Shown here: positions 13,877 through 26,451 of the stretch, one piece after another
Position numbering within the stretch: the stretch's first letter is position 1
Layout: every line of letters begins with the position of its first letter
Assembly: GCA_048128005.1 (NCBI GenBank)
Contig: JBEUKZ010000001.1
Coordinates: 1 to 64,000, forward strand
Direction: 5' to 3'
Source of the DNA: Veleropilina oligotropha
Taxonomy: Eukaryota
Length of the DNA: 64,000 bases
Program-made: the position numbers and the translations under genes
Notes under the pieces: generated by a model
Database searches by the model: none
What the model saw: the letters and a program-made list of their open reading frames with translations, nothing else
Told to the model about the DNA's origin: nothing

Positions 13877-14737
13877 GTTGCAAATACGTATAATACCCCC
13901 GAGGGTCAATAATTTGGCATTTATTTAACCGATAGCGCCAAGGCTAAAACTACATTAATTACCTTGGGGGCTCCATATTATGGAGTTATCCCAGTAGCGT
14001 TAGATTTTTCTGAACCGCCAGTAGGCCTAGTTAACCTCTAATATCGCCGTGTATATTCGAAGAGAGAAAGCGCCAGATTTTAATAAATTTAGTACAGTTT
14101 ATCGAAACTTAAATTAAAGGCTGATTCATAGTAATGAAATCAAATCATTTCATTTTATTTGTCATCACAAATATATATACATATGAAAATACTATACATT
14201 CATTTTCAGGTCAATGAGTTTATATACAACATATTTTGAATGTGATGGCAAAATGTCTTAAAATAAATTATTTTGAGCTTGTAAGCAAGACACCCTGAGG
14301 AGACAATATGAATTTTTAAGGTTTTGAAAACCGTAACAAATAAAATTAAGCAATAGTGAATATTATAAATGTGGAAATAAGTGTGTAAATAGTTTACTAA
14401 TTTTTGTATATTTATAATTAATCTTGCAAATCAGCATATTGTTGAAGAAATGTTGCTTTGAGTTGCTTTTTAAAGTGTGAAATAGTACTTAAATTTCGCA
14501 TGGTCGGCGCAAGTCGCTAGCGTGGAATTTTTGGAATGTGCCGCGTAAAAACGCGTCCACCAGACGTGCTATTTTCAAATCTGCGCTTTTCGGACTTCTT
14601 CGAGTTGACCAGATTTCAACTTTTCCCGTTTTATTTGCATCAAGTCATCAGTTCTGGGGCCGTTTAGAATTAAATATTGGGTTTTTAAGCAAATCTTTGT
14701 GATGTAATTGCTCACATACGCATATTATAATATTAAT

Positions 14738-15150
14738 ATAATATTAATGGTGCAAGAATAAATCAACAATATCTATTGTTGAACCCATGTCGTTTATTGG
14801 TGCATACATATCAAATTTTTAAATTTTGCATTCATTGAACGAGACATTAATTGCAATATTATATAACGAAAACATATCAAAATGAAATGGAAATATATTA
14901 TTAACTATTAACTATCTGGATGTTAATAAAGTACGCCTAGTATAATTAGTATAATATTAAATGGTGTTAGAATAAACGAACATTTACTAGTTTAACCGCG
15001 ATATCGTTTATTGGTGCATACATATCGTACATACATATCCTTTTTTTTACATTTTGTATTAATTGAACGAGACATTTATTGCAATATATAACTAAAACAT
15101 ATCAGTATGAAAAGGAAATATATTATTAACTATCTGTATGTTCATAAAGT
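14738..15150. repeat. Diverged tandem duplication, ~210-bp unit x2
   Basis: ataatattaatggtg...tcgtttattggtgcatacatatc...attgaacgagacatt...taaagt is repeated. Confidence 0.75.
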
Positions 15151-16604
15151 TGTACCCAAGTGTTCCGTAGTATACAGTTATAATACAGGCGAATATAAGT
15201 ATGTTATGCATTCATGTAGAATAAAATTACATTGTCAAATTATGAAATCATAATAATTTTTTCAGCCCACGATAACGTACATTCTACACAATTTAAGAGG
15301 AATGAACGTTATTGTGCTTTAAATCAACCGTCACTTATTCACATGCAAGTTGTCTTCGGTTTGTGTTACGACCTTAATAATTTTGAAATCGTATTGTAGT
15401 CAGACATCTCATTAAAAACTAATGGCAACCCTGGAAAAACTAAATCTCAGAGAAGAGGATTGTGGATTGTTCTTGTGTTAATTAGGTTACGTTAAATTAT
15501 CAGTTTACGTTAAATTATCATTTTGTCTTCAGATTACAGGCTGGTTTCCATAAAATAAATATCACACCATTTTCTTCTTTTGCGCCTTTTCTTTTGTCGC
15601 AAAAATATATGTAGGAGAGGTATTTCTATGTCTTCATCTGAATCCATTTGGTTAGAAATGAGGCCAGATTGTAATATTACGCATGGAAACTAAGAACCCC
15701 ATTGCGTTTAATTTTGTTTCGGTAGTGCAGTGCTCGTTTACAAATTAGCGTTGGAGATTAGAGAGACACGCGCGACTGCGTGCCCAGCTATCGCCAGCTA
15801 ACGACATGAGCGCAACAGATGGTTGACAATGGGGTCGCCGCTGAACTGTGAATCAGGCTTACTTGCAAATTATTTATTCTAAGATACTAAAATGTTTTCG
15901 TTAATTTGACGCATAAATTTATTAAAAAAATGCTTTGAAACAGAAAACTGTTGGCATCACTATTAGGCCATGGGCCAGGTATGGTTTATCCGCACCCCCC
16001 CCCCCCCCCACACAACCCTCCGACCCCGTGTTTTTCTGGATCATTGGGGTCCCCTGGGATGGAAATCAACTGGTAACAGTGAATAAACTGGGATGCTGTC
16101 GGGTCATATTCAACACTCTCGTTCTTTTCAGTTTCTAAAGTGGTTAATATTGCTCCATAGCAAAAATGGAAAGTCAAATAGAATTCACGCCCTGGCCTAA
16201 TATGTTTTATTACTAATATCACTTACGCATACCACATGCAATGTAAACAGAAATCGTGTCACTTCCACTATTAATAAATTTGAAAACCATATAATAATCT
16301 AGCTATTATGCTAAATAAAATAACACACTACTAGAGTGGATCTATCTGTTCATGTATACATGTGCATGTTTAGGCTTGTAACATAATTCAAATTACGCAT
16401 TGACCGTAACGATTACTATGTATTGAAATAGTTGAATTGGTCTCAAATTGCTCATTTACTTAAGTATTTTTATGTCGTGAAGACATCAAAGACAAGTTAA
16501 TGTTGATAAGAACTAGTAACACTGTCTATATTATACCGTCGAGCAATTAGTCGATTAGTTACAGTACATCTTCATGCTGATTTCATATGGGTCGTTTGCC
16601 AGCG

Positions 16605-18089
16605 TGTTTCGTGCAATAAACGTTTATGATGCACGATCATTCTAATTTATTATAGGTGTGTGGGGGGGGGGGGTTGAAATGGTCTACAGACTGTGTAAAA
16701 AAAATAAGACCCTCCCACAAAGTCTGTTTTTCATGATCCATCCCCGTCTGGGGTAATTGGGGGATGGGGGGGGGGGGGGTCAAAAATGTAATCAAATGTA
16801 ATGGTGGCAATGGTTCATAAATGCTGGGTAAGAAATGTTGCATTTGCACTCTGAGAATGCTTGTAAAAATATCGAGGTTTCAAGTTTTAGAATGTAGGAG
16901 AGATGTTTAACAGTTAATTGCCAAAATGTCCAGTTGGTAAATAATAGATCCGTCCCTGATACTATGAATCTGCGCTTGAATGCAATCTTGTGATAATATT
17001 CCGAAATATTTCAGAAGGGGATGCAACAAATCGAACCACCCCTTTCGATAATTCGTGGACATGCCCCTGCATGAGGATTATGAAACCTTTTGTTTGCGAG
17101 AAAAAATTGTCGCCAAAATGGACAGTTAAGGGAACATGCGTGGTGATAATTCCATCTGTTTCGCTCTGGCAGCATCTCGTAACATGCTAAACAGACATAT
17201 ATGTTACCTGTTGTAAAAAACAGGACATTAAGCATGAACTCAATGCAAATCATACTTGTTTAGTTCGCCTATTATTATTATCCGTTATTACACCAAGTAT
17301 ATTTTTATTTATATTTGTATATGTTATAGGCCGTGTGTCGAGCATGGTTTTGTGACAAAGTGCTTCAGTGCAAGAGGTGAAGGGCAGTTTCAACCAGTTT
17401 CTTTCTGTCCGATCTCCCGTAACGCCAGGGAGTTACAATTTATATGTGTGCCTATAACATTACTAAACCATAGTTTACTCTACAGTAACATTAAAATTAG
17501 ATTATTTATATGTCATAAACATTTAGTTATATCAAATATTTGCAATTTGTCGACATCCGACAAATATGTATTAATAGGAGATTTTGACAAAGAGTGCATT
17601 GCGGCGCGTTACCACGCGTCATGTTACAAATACTGTGGAAGACAACACTCTAATTCATTTCATCTGTTTGTTCAGATATCACAGATGAATGGACTGATGC
17701 TAAAATTTATGTCATGCATAATTACAACCATCAGATTCAAGGTTGGACATGTCCATATTATCGTGGGTGGAAAGCCCGAGGAAACCCACCCTCTCAGGCT
17801 AGTTACAGACAACTGTGATTGATAACTGAACAAGGAATGCTAATGTGCCAGCCGAGATTCAAACAAAGTTCTGTTATTTAGCGCAATCGTCTTCATCAGA
17901 GTACCACAACTTTCCAATCACGTTATGGTTCGAGCATGTTACAGCCCACGTTTGAGATAACCTTTTAGTCTATGTGCGTTTACTTTTCAACACTTCGTCA
18001 TTACCAATATTGTCTGATGATGTTAATTTGTGCGAAAACCCTAAAAGTGTGCACGATTTGCAAATATATATATATAACGGTCAAACTAG
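16605..18089 (+). repeat. Segmental direct duplication, copy 1 (~1.48 kb)
   Basis: Near-identical to 24329-25805 (a few SNPs, poly-G length differences, one ~10-bp indel). Contains a V-SINE fragment. Confidence 0.95.
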
Positions 18090-18503
18090 TGAAGTTACTC
18101 ACTTTGCTTTGAGAGGTTAATATGTAGCGGGGCCGGATTTACAAAGAAAGATTTATATATGCAAACGACCGCTGGATCTACTCTCTGTATCTGGGGGTCG
18201 ATATTCGGACATACTAAATCATGGGGGAAGTTACTCGCTTTGCTGTGAGATGTTTTAATATAAAAATATATTCCGGAGTGGTTACGCTTATCTGGATTCA
18301 TGGCCTGAATAGAATGCCACCTTCTGAAATGTTCTACCAATATGATACGATTATATTCGAACTAATGAATAACAGGAAAACGCATAGTTAATAACATATT
18401 TATATAATGCAGATTATATAACGTTTAACAAATGAAACATAATAATTAATAAACATAAACTCCTAAATTAGAATAGCGTACATTATGCAATATGTAGCAT
18501 ATA

Positions 18504-18768
18504 TCTTAATATAATGGAGCTATAATTGTATGTGTGTGTGTCTGTCTGTCTGTCTGTCTGTCTGTTTCAAGTTGAACTCCTCCCAGACGCTTTGACCTAG
18601 GACCTTCAAACTTTGGGGGGTTAATCGGGGTCCCCCAAGGAAGGTTTACCACGAAAAAAAATCGGAAAATTCGGGAAAAAAAAAATATTTAAGGGAGCAC
18701 TATCCAAAAAAAAAAAAAAAAAATTGGGGTGGGGGGACTTACCCGGCGAAGACGGGTACCAATGCTAG
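18504..18768 (+). mobile_element. Non-autonomous Helitron
   Basis: A|TC 5' end, internal (TGTC)n, 3' hairpin acccggcgaagacgggt followed by CTAG|T; no TSD. Confidence 0.8.
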
Positions 18769-18942
18769 TTTATTAAATAAAATAATATGACCGGAATAGA
18801 AATTTACTTTAATATAAAGACATTGATCTTAAGTTGAAGTTACACCTCGAGGGCGCGAAGTCGACAAGTGCAATATTCAATATATCTCTCCAACTCTGAC
18901 TCCTAACTCTCTCGGACTGTAAATCTCACTTTGGTCTCCCTG

Positions 18943-19090
18943 ATGGTGGTGTGATGGAGTTTTAGTCCCGCGTCCATCTCATTGGTGTTTTAGCAGGCCA
19001 GTTCCTACAGGAACCACCGGTGACAAAAATAGATACGCACAGTAACAGTGTTATGCAAGAAGTACATCTCACACAAGTGCGACACTGTTA
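18943..19090 (-). repeat. Dispersed ~150-bp repeat (likely a retroposon 3' end), second copy at 23344-23500
   Basis: gtgtgatggagttttag...ggtgttttagcaggcca...aacagtgttatgcaagaa...gtgcgacactgtta is shared; internal stem aacagtg/cactgtt. Confidence 0.65.
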
Positions 19091-21251
19091 CTTCAGTTCA
19101 GTAAGTAAGTATTTGGTCTCCCTAACTTTTACCCTGAATTTAAATCAAAATACAATGTTTTGCTCAAGATATTTGTCAAAACGGTTAACGAGCATTTATG
19201 CATTAATTAAATGATTGACAGCTATGTACCTTGTGGATATACTGCTAATGAACTTCAACGCAATAATAGGTGTAAAATGATTTTATACAAGTAACTGTTA
19301 TCGCTGCAGTTTATGGCATCTGAAATATTACTCTTTACCGAATATTGACGTATAAAATTGACTTGCGCTGAAGGAATTATTATCGATGCTCGTTTCTCGT
19401 TTAAACAGATTAAAATATACGATACATTACAATAGTAATTATGGTGTCAATCGGTTATCCCGACAGCCGACAAGAATACTCCGCATTTAATTCTACAAAT
19501 TCAAATATCTTAATAAATTTACAACAATCTAATTAAAGGCTTTACAAATAAGGCAAACATACAATTTAGAGATTATCACCAATACTAGTATAATTTTCAC
19601 GATGCACCATGGCAATAATGTTCATTAATAATGTTCATGTTCCTATGTTGTCAATGTTTCCGAATATTTGTAACGCGCCTTATTCTTTGATGTACTTCTG
19701 GATTTCGATGTCGTTCCGAATGTTGATTCCGAAATGTGTTGTATCGTTCCTGTCGTGTCGTCTGTAGATTTGATGCGGTTTGTGGCGTTCCATGTGTCGT
19801 GTAGATAGCGTAACGTTCCGAATTTGATGTTTTCCCAGATTGTTGCACCCTATATTAGACTAAAAACTACGTATTATTAGTAATAATTCAGTAACATTCT
19901 AATCACTAGATTATAACATAACTCTTAATCGGCGTATCTACTCTCAATACATTCCAAGCACTACAAAAGCGCAGATCATGTATGCATTGAACATAACTCG
20001 TTAATGCACAACATGAAATCCATCACGTGATAGGTCTCCGTGTGCTCTCGGTTGCACGACGTAAAAACCAAGACTTCCTTAACAACTTGGCTTATCTTCT
20101 TATCAACCCCAATATCATCATCGTTTAGTTCTCTTTCATCACAAATTTAAATACAAAATCAATCTACCGATCTCTCATATCATATATGTCTCATATCATA
20201 AGTGCTTCTACAATAAATAATCTTCTCTACAATGAAGCAAATCCCATTCAAAATTCAGTTCTAATGATCAACATAATATACACAAGTTATTCATATGATA
20301 ACAACATTATATGTACTTACTCTGTGTTCGGCAATTCTAGTATCTTCTTATATATATAATATAATTTACCCATTTCTCTATTATATCGTGCTACTCTGTA
20401 TCCTAATCTGAAAAAGAAGACTTGACCACGCTTATTAGTTATGCAAATCAAAGTAATAAATGATACATTAAACGAATTAAAGGCTTTTATTTTCTTCGAT
20501 CATAGTAAATTTAACTGCTAATAATATTGTAAGACAAACGTAATATTTTATTGCTAAGGTAGCCTATTCTTCTCAAAATCCAATAATATAAAATAATCGG
20601 CATAATTTCAGCGATATCAACTGAAATCATGTTCTCATTCATATATACGTGTGTAGCTAAAATGCGAATAAATAATGAGCTAGAAAGGATTTCCAGAGAA
20701 ACAGTATTTCCAACCCGATGACTGTAACCATTTAACAAGGCATAAGTAAACAATATAAGTTCAGAAATATATTTCAATAGATAGTTAATACGTATAGAAC
20801 ACGTTTGATTACATACTTCATATAGACATGCAATGAACACAGAGTAGTTCGTACTACTCACCAGGTATTCGTACTACTGACCCTCAATAATTATGCACAA
20901 ATCATTTTGATTGACCCGAAATACTGTTGGTCTGGTCGTTTAACATCAAGTCATCATCACCATACAATTCAAGCTAGAAACTCATGCTGGTGTCATTTCT
21001 TTTTTAGCTTGTCAGATCTAGTCATTAAAGGCCATGATAACCCCCCCCCCCCCCCGATAACTCAATTAACTGGTTAAAACGTCGGAAAAACGGTCTATTG
21101 TAATATATACGGCACATGCTCTAGATGTCGGTCAGATCGAAGTGAGGATTTAAACAGGTGTCTTCTTAGCTCTAAGCGCTAGTACAAACTAATATTGTAA
21201 TACATACAAAAATGTATTGATTTTATTTACAAACACAATAATTAGTAAAAA

Positions 21252-21872
21252 TGGTTATACAAGCATAATCAACAAAAGACGTGAAGCAGCACCTGCTCAC
21301 TTCAACGTTGACATTTTAGTTATAAACTCTATATGGTTATACAAGCATAATCAACAAAAGACGTGAAGCAGCACCTGCTCACTTCAACGTTGACATTTTA
21401 GTTATTAACTATATATGGTTATACAAGCATAATCAACAAAAGACGAAGCAGCACCTGCTCACTTCAACGTTGACATTTTAGTTATAAACTCTATATGGTT
21501 ATACAAGCATAATCAACAAAAGACGTGAAGCAGCACCTGCTCACTTCAACGTTGACATTTTAGTTATAAACTCTATATGGTTATACAAGCATAATCAACA
21601 AAAGACGTGAAGCAGCACCTGCTCACTTCAACGTTTACATTTTAGTTATTAACTATATATGGTTATACAAGCATAATCAACAAAAGACGAAGCAGCACCT
21701 GCTCACTTCAACGTTGCCATTTTAGTTATAAACTCTATATGGTTATACAAGCATAATCAACAAAAGACGTGAAGCAGCACCTGCTCACTTCAACGTTGAC
21801 ATTTTAGTTATTAACTATATATGGTTATACAAGCATAATCAACAAAAGACGAAGCAGCACCTGCTCACTTCA
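21252..21872. repeat. Tandem array of 80/82-bp units (~7.6 copies) with higher-order variant pattern
   Basis: Unit tggttatacaagcataatcaacaaaagac(gt)gaagcagcacctgctcacttcaacgttgacattttagtta..; starts at 21252, 21334, 21416, 21496, 21578, 21660, 21740, 21822. Confidence 0.95.
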
Positions 21873-21919
21873 CCTTACGCTCATACTTGTTTATAGGCTT
21901 ATGAAGTTGGATACCGTCA

Positions 21920-22507
21920 CTAATAATGACGTTGTAGAATCTTCAAAATAGCTCCCCTTATGCTCCTGTAATATTTTTTTTGGCCACTGTCATTAAAATG
22001 AACGTGATCTTCCAGAAACGCTCCTGGACTGTTCATAGGGTATCTTGGCATTTGCCAAAAACTAACACCATGGACATCTTTCAAGGGAATAATTAGGAAG
22101 CGATGAAATACTTCCAGGCGAGCGTTGTAGTTAACGTTGTACGACTTCGTTCGAGGAAACTCGTTGTGGATTACAATGTGTTTTACGCCGTGGCAGTCAC
22201 GTAGATTTTCGGCAGCCTTCTGTAGACGAAAAGCCACAGTAACGGGACGATAATTGCTTCTGGAGATGTCGTTCCCACCAATATGCAATATTACAACATC
22301 AGGTTGAAAAGACTTCACCAAATCTAAAAATTCGGGCGACGTAAGCATCGAAACATAGGCCCCTCGTACACCGTATAGCCTCACGTCGCATTCCGAGAGA
22401 TTAAATCCAGGGACAAAAGCGATGTCTCTAGCTGATTTCAACAACTTTTCCATACGTGCTACAAAAGAATGACCAGCAACTAATACCTTAATAGGTCCAC
22501 CCATCAT
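21920..22507 (-). CDS. SGNH/GDSL-family hydrolase, intact single-exon ORF (195 aa from the first ATG); possibly Ngaro/DIRS-derived
   Basis: Block I VLVAGHSFV, block II GVRGA, block III HIGGNDI, block V DHVH; no stops or frameshifts. Confidence 0.85.
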   Translation of the reverse strand: MMGGPIKVLVAGHSFVARMEKLLKSARDIAFVPGFNLSECDVRLYGVRGAYVSMLTSPEFLDLVKSFQPDVVILHIGGNDISRSNYRPVTVAFRLQKAAENLRDCHGVKHIVIHNEFPRTKSYNVNYNARLEVFHRFLIIPLKDVHGVSFWQMPRYPMNSPGAFLEDHVHFNDSGQKKYYRSIRGAILKILQRHY

Positions 22508-24328
22508 ATAAATAGCAAACCCGCTAACTATATTATTTACCTGATTGCAAGCGGATTGCAATATGCTTTAACGTCCTGTCGTAGTTATGTTAGCCGTAAA
22601 CTTCGCACTCGCTAAATATTGTCGTTCGCGATACCTTTCGTATATATTAAAAAAAATATGTATAATACGTAAGACAGTTGACTTTTACCAAATAGTGGTT
22701 TATTTCCAATCTTCTGGGAAATGCATTGTCGAACCAAAGAAAGTATCTTATATGCACATGACTAAGAGGAAGTAAAGCAAATTAAATAATTGGCCTGTCA
22801 ACTAATTATGACCTGATTACTGCAGGTGTGACAACGCAAGGGCATCCTGCTGATCCTTTCCTGTTGGCCGGTATTATATCTAGACTTCCTTGTTTCGTCT
22901 GATTTCTGAATTTTCATTGCTCATTTAAAAATGGGAAAAAAGGTAAAGTTAAAAGCAATTTTTTTCTGTAAATAATCAATCCATGTTTATTTTGCCAATC
23001 ATTACACAAAAACTTTTGTTTTAAATATACAGAGAAATTTTTTTTTGCTATGTGATAGTACAATATCAATTGCGCTATTCAAGATAAATATACTGTCCGT
23101 TGTTAAATAAATCGTTCTAAGTCCATGTTGGGATTCGATGTAAAGTTTATTAGATGGCGAAGTAAATGAATTTGTCGCCCTGGTTACGAAAATGTCGCTC
23201 TGCCAGCTGTAGATGGAAGTCGATCTCCAATTTTGGTCGTAAAATGTCAGCATGGGTCTAGAAAATCAAACATCTTGTCATTTAATTTCCTGGACCATGA
23301 AAAACAGTCAAGTTGTTATGTTTATTATACACAATGTTAAATTGTGGTGGTAGTGTGATGGAGTTTTAGGCTCGCGTCCACCTCTTCGGTGTTTTAGCAG
23401 GCCATATCCTACAGGAACAACCATTTACAAAAATAGGTGTACACAATATTTAAACAGTGTTATGCAAGAATTACTTCTCACACCAGTGCGACACTGTTAT
23501 GCATTGTTAACTTGTTTAACTTCATAATATAGAGAGCCCTATTTTCCGACAGACGAGTTAAAGAGACCAGCGACAGCGAAAATGGCGACCTTGATTTATC
23601 TTGCTCTTTAAAGCCCCATAAAATCGTTTATTATACTATAATTATAATATGTATTCCATAAGTTGTAATCAATGTCATCTACCCCTAGAGATATTATGCA
23701 TCCATTTTAAATGATTTTAACGTACTCGAGCTGCTTGGACGTTTATAAAATTATCACTGAATAGGGGAGATATCATTTATTTCACAAGGCACGTCATACT
23801 TTGTCTTTGATATATATGCATAGTTGTTAGCGTAATTTAATATATTAGATTAAGCATATTATATTGTAAGTTCGACGTATAAATACTGACAGTTTTACAA
23901 CGTATGCTATATTTACAGTTATTATACAGTAATTATGGCTGTATTACAAATATTAATAGTATGGCGATTCGATAACATGACTGGACCTATAAGAGTAATC
24001 TCGCCAATGTGACAGCAGACACGTACAAAATAAAATGCAACTATTAATCGTTTATTAATAGAAGCGAAGTAGGTTTTGAATGAAATAAAAAATAAGAAAG
24101 GAGGGACAAAATTGGTGGCTGACAACTGAATTGTGCAAACTTCATGAGTTTTTCAAACCAAAATGAACTAACTGGCGCTTTTTATTATTTATTTAAAGCG
24201 CATAGTCCTTCTTATAAACGTTTGCATATTTTGAAGATTGGACAGTTTTCGTTCAGATCGAGGCTTGGATCCCCAAAGATAATTTAATACAGATAAGCGT
24301 AATTTAATACAGATATGCTATATTATTA

Positions 24329-25805
24329 TGTTTCGTGCAATAAACGTTTATGATGCACGATCATTCTAATTTATTATAGGTGTGTGGGGGGGGGGGGGGG
24401 GGGGTTGAAATGGTCTACAGACTGTGTAAAAAAAATAAGACCCTCCCACAAAGTCTGTTTTTCATGATCCATCCCCGTCTGGGGTAATTGGTGGATGGGG
24501 GGGGGTCAAAAATGTAATCAAATGTAATGGTGGCAATGGTTCATAAATGCTGGGTAAGAAATGTTGCATTTGCACTCTGAGAATGCTTGTAAAAATATCG
24601 AGGTTTCAAGTTTTAGAATGTAGTAGAGATGTTTAACAGTTAATTGCCAAAATGTCCAGTTGGTAAAGAATAGATCCGTCCCTGATACTATGAATCTGCG
24701 CTTGAATGCAATCTTGTGATAATATTCCGAAATATTTCAGAAGGGGATGCAACAAATCGAACCACCCCTTTCGATAATTCGTGGACACGCCCCTGCATGA
24801 GGATTATGAAACCTTTTGTTTGCGAGAAAAAATTGTCGCCAAAATGGACAGTTAAGGGAACATGCGTGGTGATAATTCCATCTGTTTCGCTCTGGCAGCA
24901 TCTCGTAACATGCTAAACAGACATATATGTTACCTGTTGTAAATTAAGCATGAACTCAATGCAAATCATACTTGTTTAGTTCGCCTATTATTATTATCCG
25001 TTATTACACCAAGTATATTTTTATTTATATTTGTATATGTTATAGGCCGTGTGTCGAGCATGGTTTTGTGACAAAGTGCTTCAGTGCAAGAGGTGAAGGG
25101 CAGTTTCAACCAGTTTCTTTCTGTCCGATCTCCCGTAACGCCAGGGAGTTACAATTTATATGTGGGCCTATAACATTACTAAACCATAGTTTCCTCTACA
25201 GTAACAGTAAAATTAGATTATTTATATGTCATAAACATTTAGTTATATCAAATATTTGCAATTTGTCGACATCCGACAAATATGTATTAATAGGAGATTT
25301 TGACAAAGAGTGCATTGCGGCGCGTTACCACGCGTCATGTTACAAATACTGTGGAAGACAACACTCTAATTCATTTCATCTGTTTGTTCAGATATCACAG
25401 ATGAATGGACTGATGCTAAAATTTATGTCATGCATAATTACAACCATCAGATTCAAGGTTGGACATGTCCATATTATCGTGGGTGGAAAGCCCGAGGAAA
25501 CCCACCCTCTCAGGCTAGTTACAGACAACTGTGATTGATAACTGAACAAGGAATGTTAATGTGCCAGCCGAGATTCAAACAAAGTTCTGTTATTTAGCGC
25601 AATCGTCTTCATCAGAGTACCACAACTTTCCAATCACGTTATGGTTCGAGCATGTTACAGCCCACGTTTGAGATAACCTTTTAGTCTATGTGCGTTTACT
25701 TTTCAACACTTCGTCATTACCAATATTGTCTGATGATGTTAATTTGTGCGAAAACCCTAAAAGTGTGCACGATTTGCAAATATATATATATAACGGTCAA
25801 ACTAG
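24329..25805 (+). repeat. Segmental direct duplication, copy 2
   Basis: Near-identical to 16605-18089. Confidence 0.95.
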
Positions 25806-25978
25806 CATTTATGTAAGTCACGGCGGTACTCGCGTGTAAATGACAGTAATGCTCCCAGAGGGATTTGAATGGCTTATCGAGTGGGCCAGGCCCATAACCA
25901 GGGGTAATAATGTTCAGCGCATTGAGACACTAGCGTAATAATGCGCTATATTATAAGACCGGAGTAATATTATTATAA
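25806..25978 (+). mobile_element. Deu-domain-type SINE fragment
   Basis: gctcccagaggga...ggggtaataatgttcagcgcattgagacac..aatgcgctata tail; other copies at ~11685-11900 and ~38954-39090 (-). Confidence 0.55.
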
Positions 25979-26451
25979 TTGTGGAAATGATACGCTTAAA
26001 ATTGTATAAAGAATTACTTTGCGTTAAGTCAAGCACTCCCAGTGATATGATATATGGAGAACTTTTAGTATTTAACCTCCAAATTGAAAGCCATCAGCTC
26101 AGCAAAATTTCATTCGTGACCATTTGCTTAAGCAGATGGCTTTCGTGTGCGAGCAGTTTTATGAATTCTGTCATTCGTGGACAAAAGTCAAATATCCAAC
26201 GTGTTAGAACTTCTGCTTAAGCCGCATGCGTACCTATTTTGCGTCAGCACATGACATACATTCCATGGGCGTTGCCATTTTGCGTGTCATGCGATTAATC
26301 AATTATGGAACAAAGCAAAAGTCCAAAGCAACTAGCTTTCGTTCCCCGCACACGTAGAGATTTCGTTCACTCGTGGCATAAATTATCAAACACGTTGTAT
26401 ATTTGACTTTTGGCCGCGAATGACATAAATCTTGCATAGAACTGCCAGCAC

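Noticed and set aside
17256..17822. 188-aa ORF present twice (also 24972-25538)
   Set aside because: No recognisable domain, overlaps an antisense SINE fragment, and is conserved only because of the recent duplication.
21252..21872. CRISPR-like array next to an enzyme gene
   Set aside because: Units are head-to-tail near-identical with no unique spacers, there are no cas genes, and the context is eukaryotic.
16605..25805. LTR retrotransposon with 1.48-kb LTRs
   Set aside because: No CA terminus, PBS, PPT, TSD or gag/pol between the repeats.
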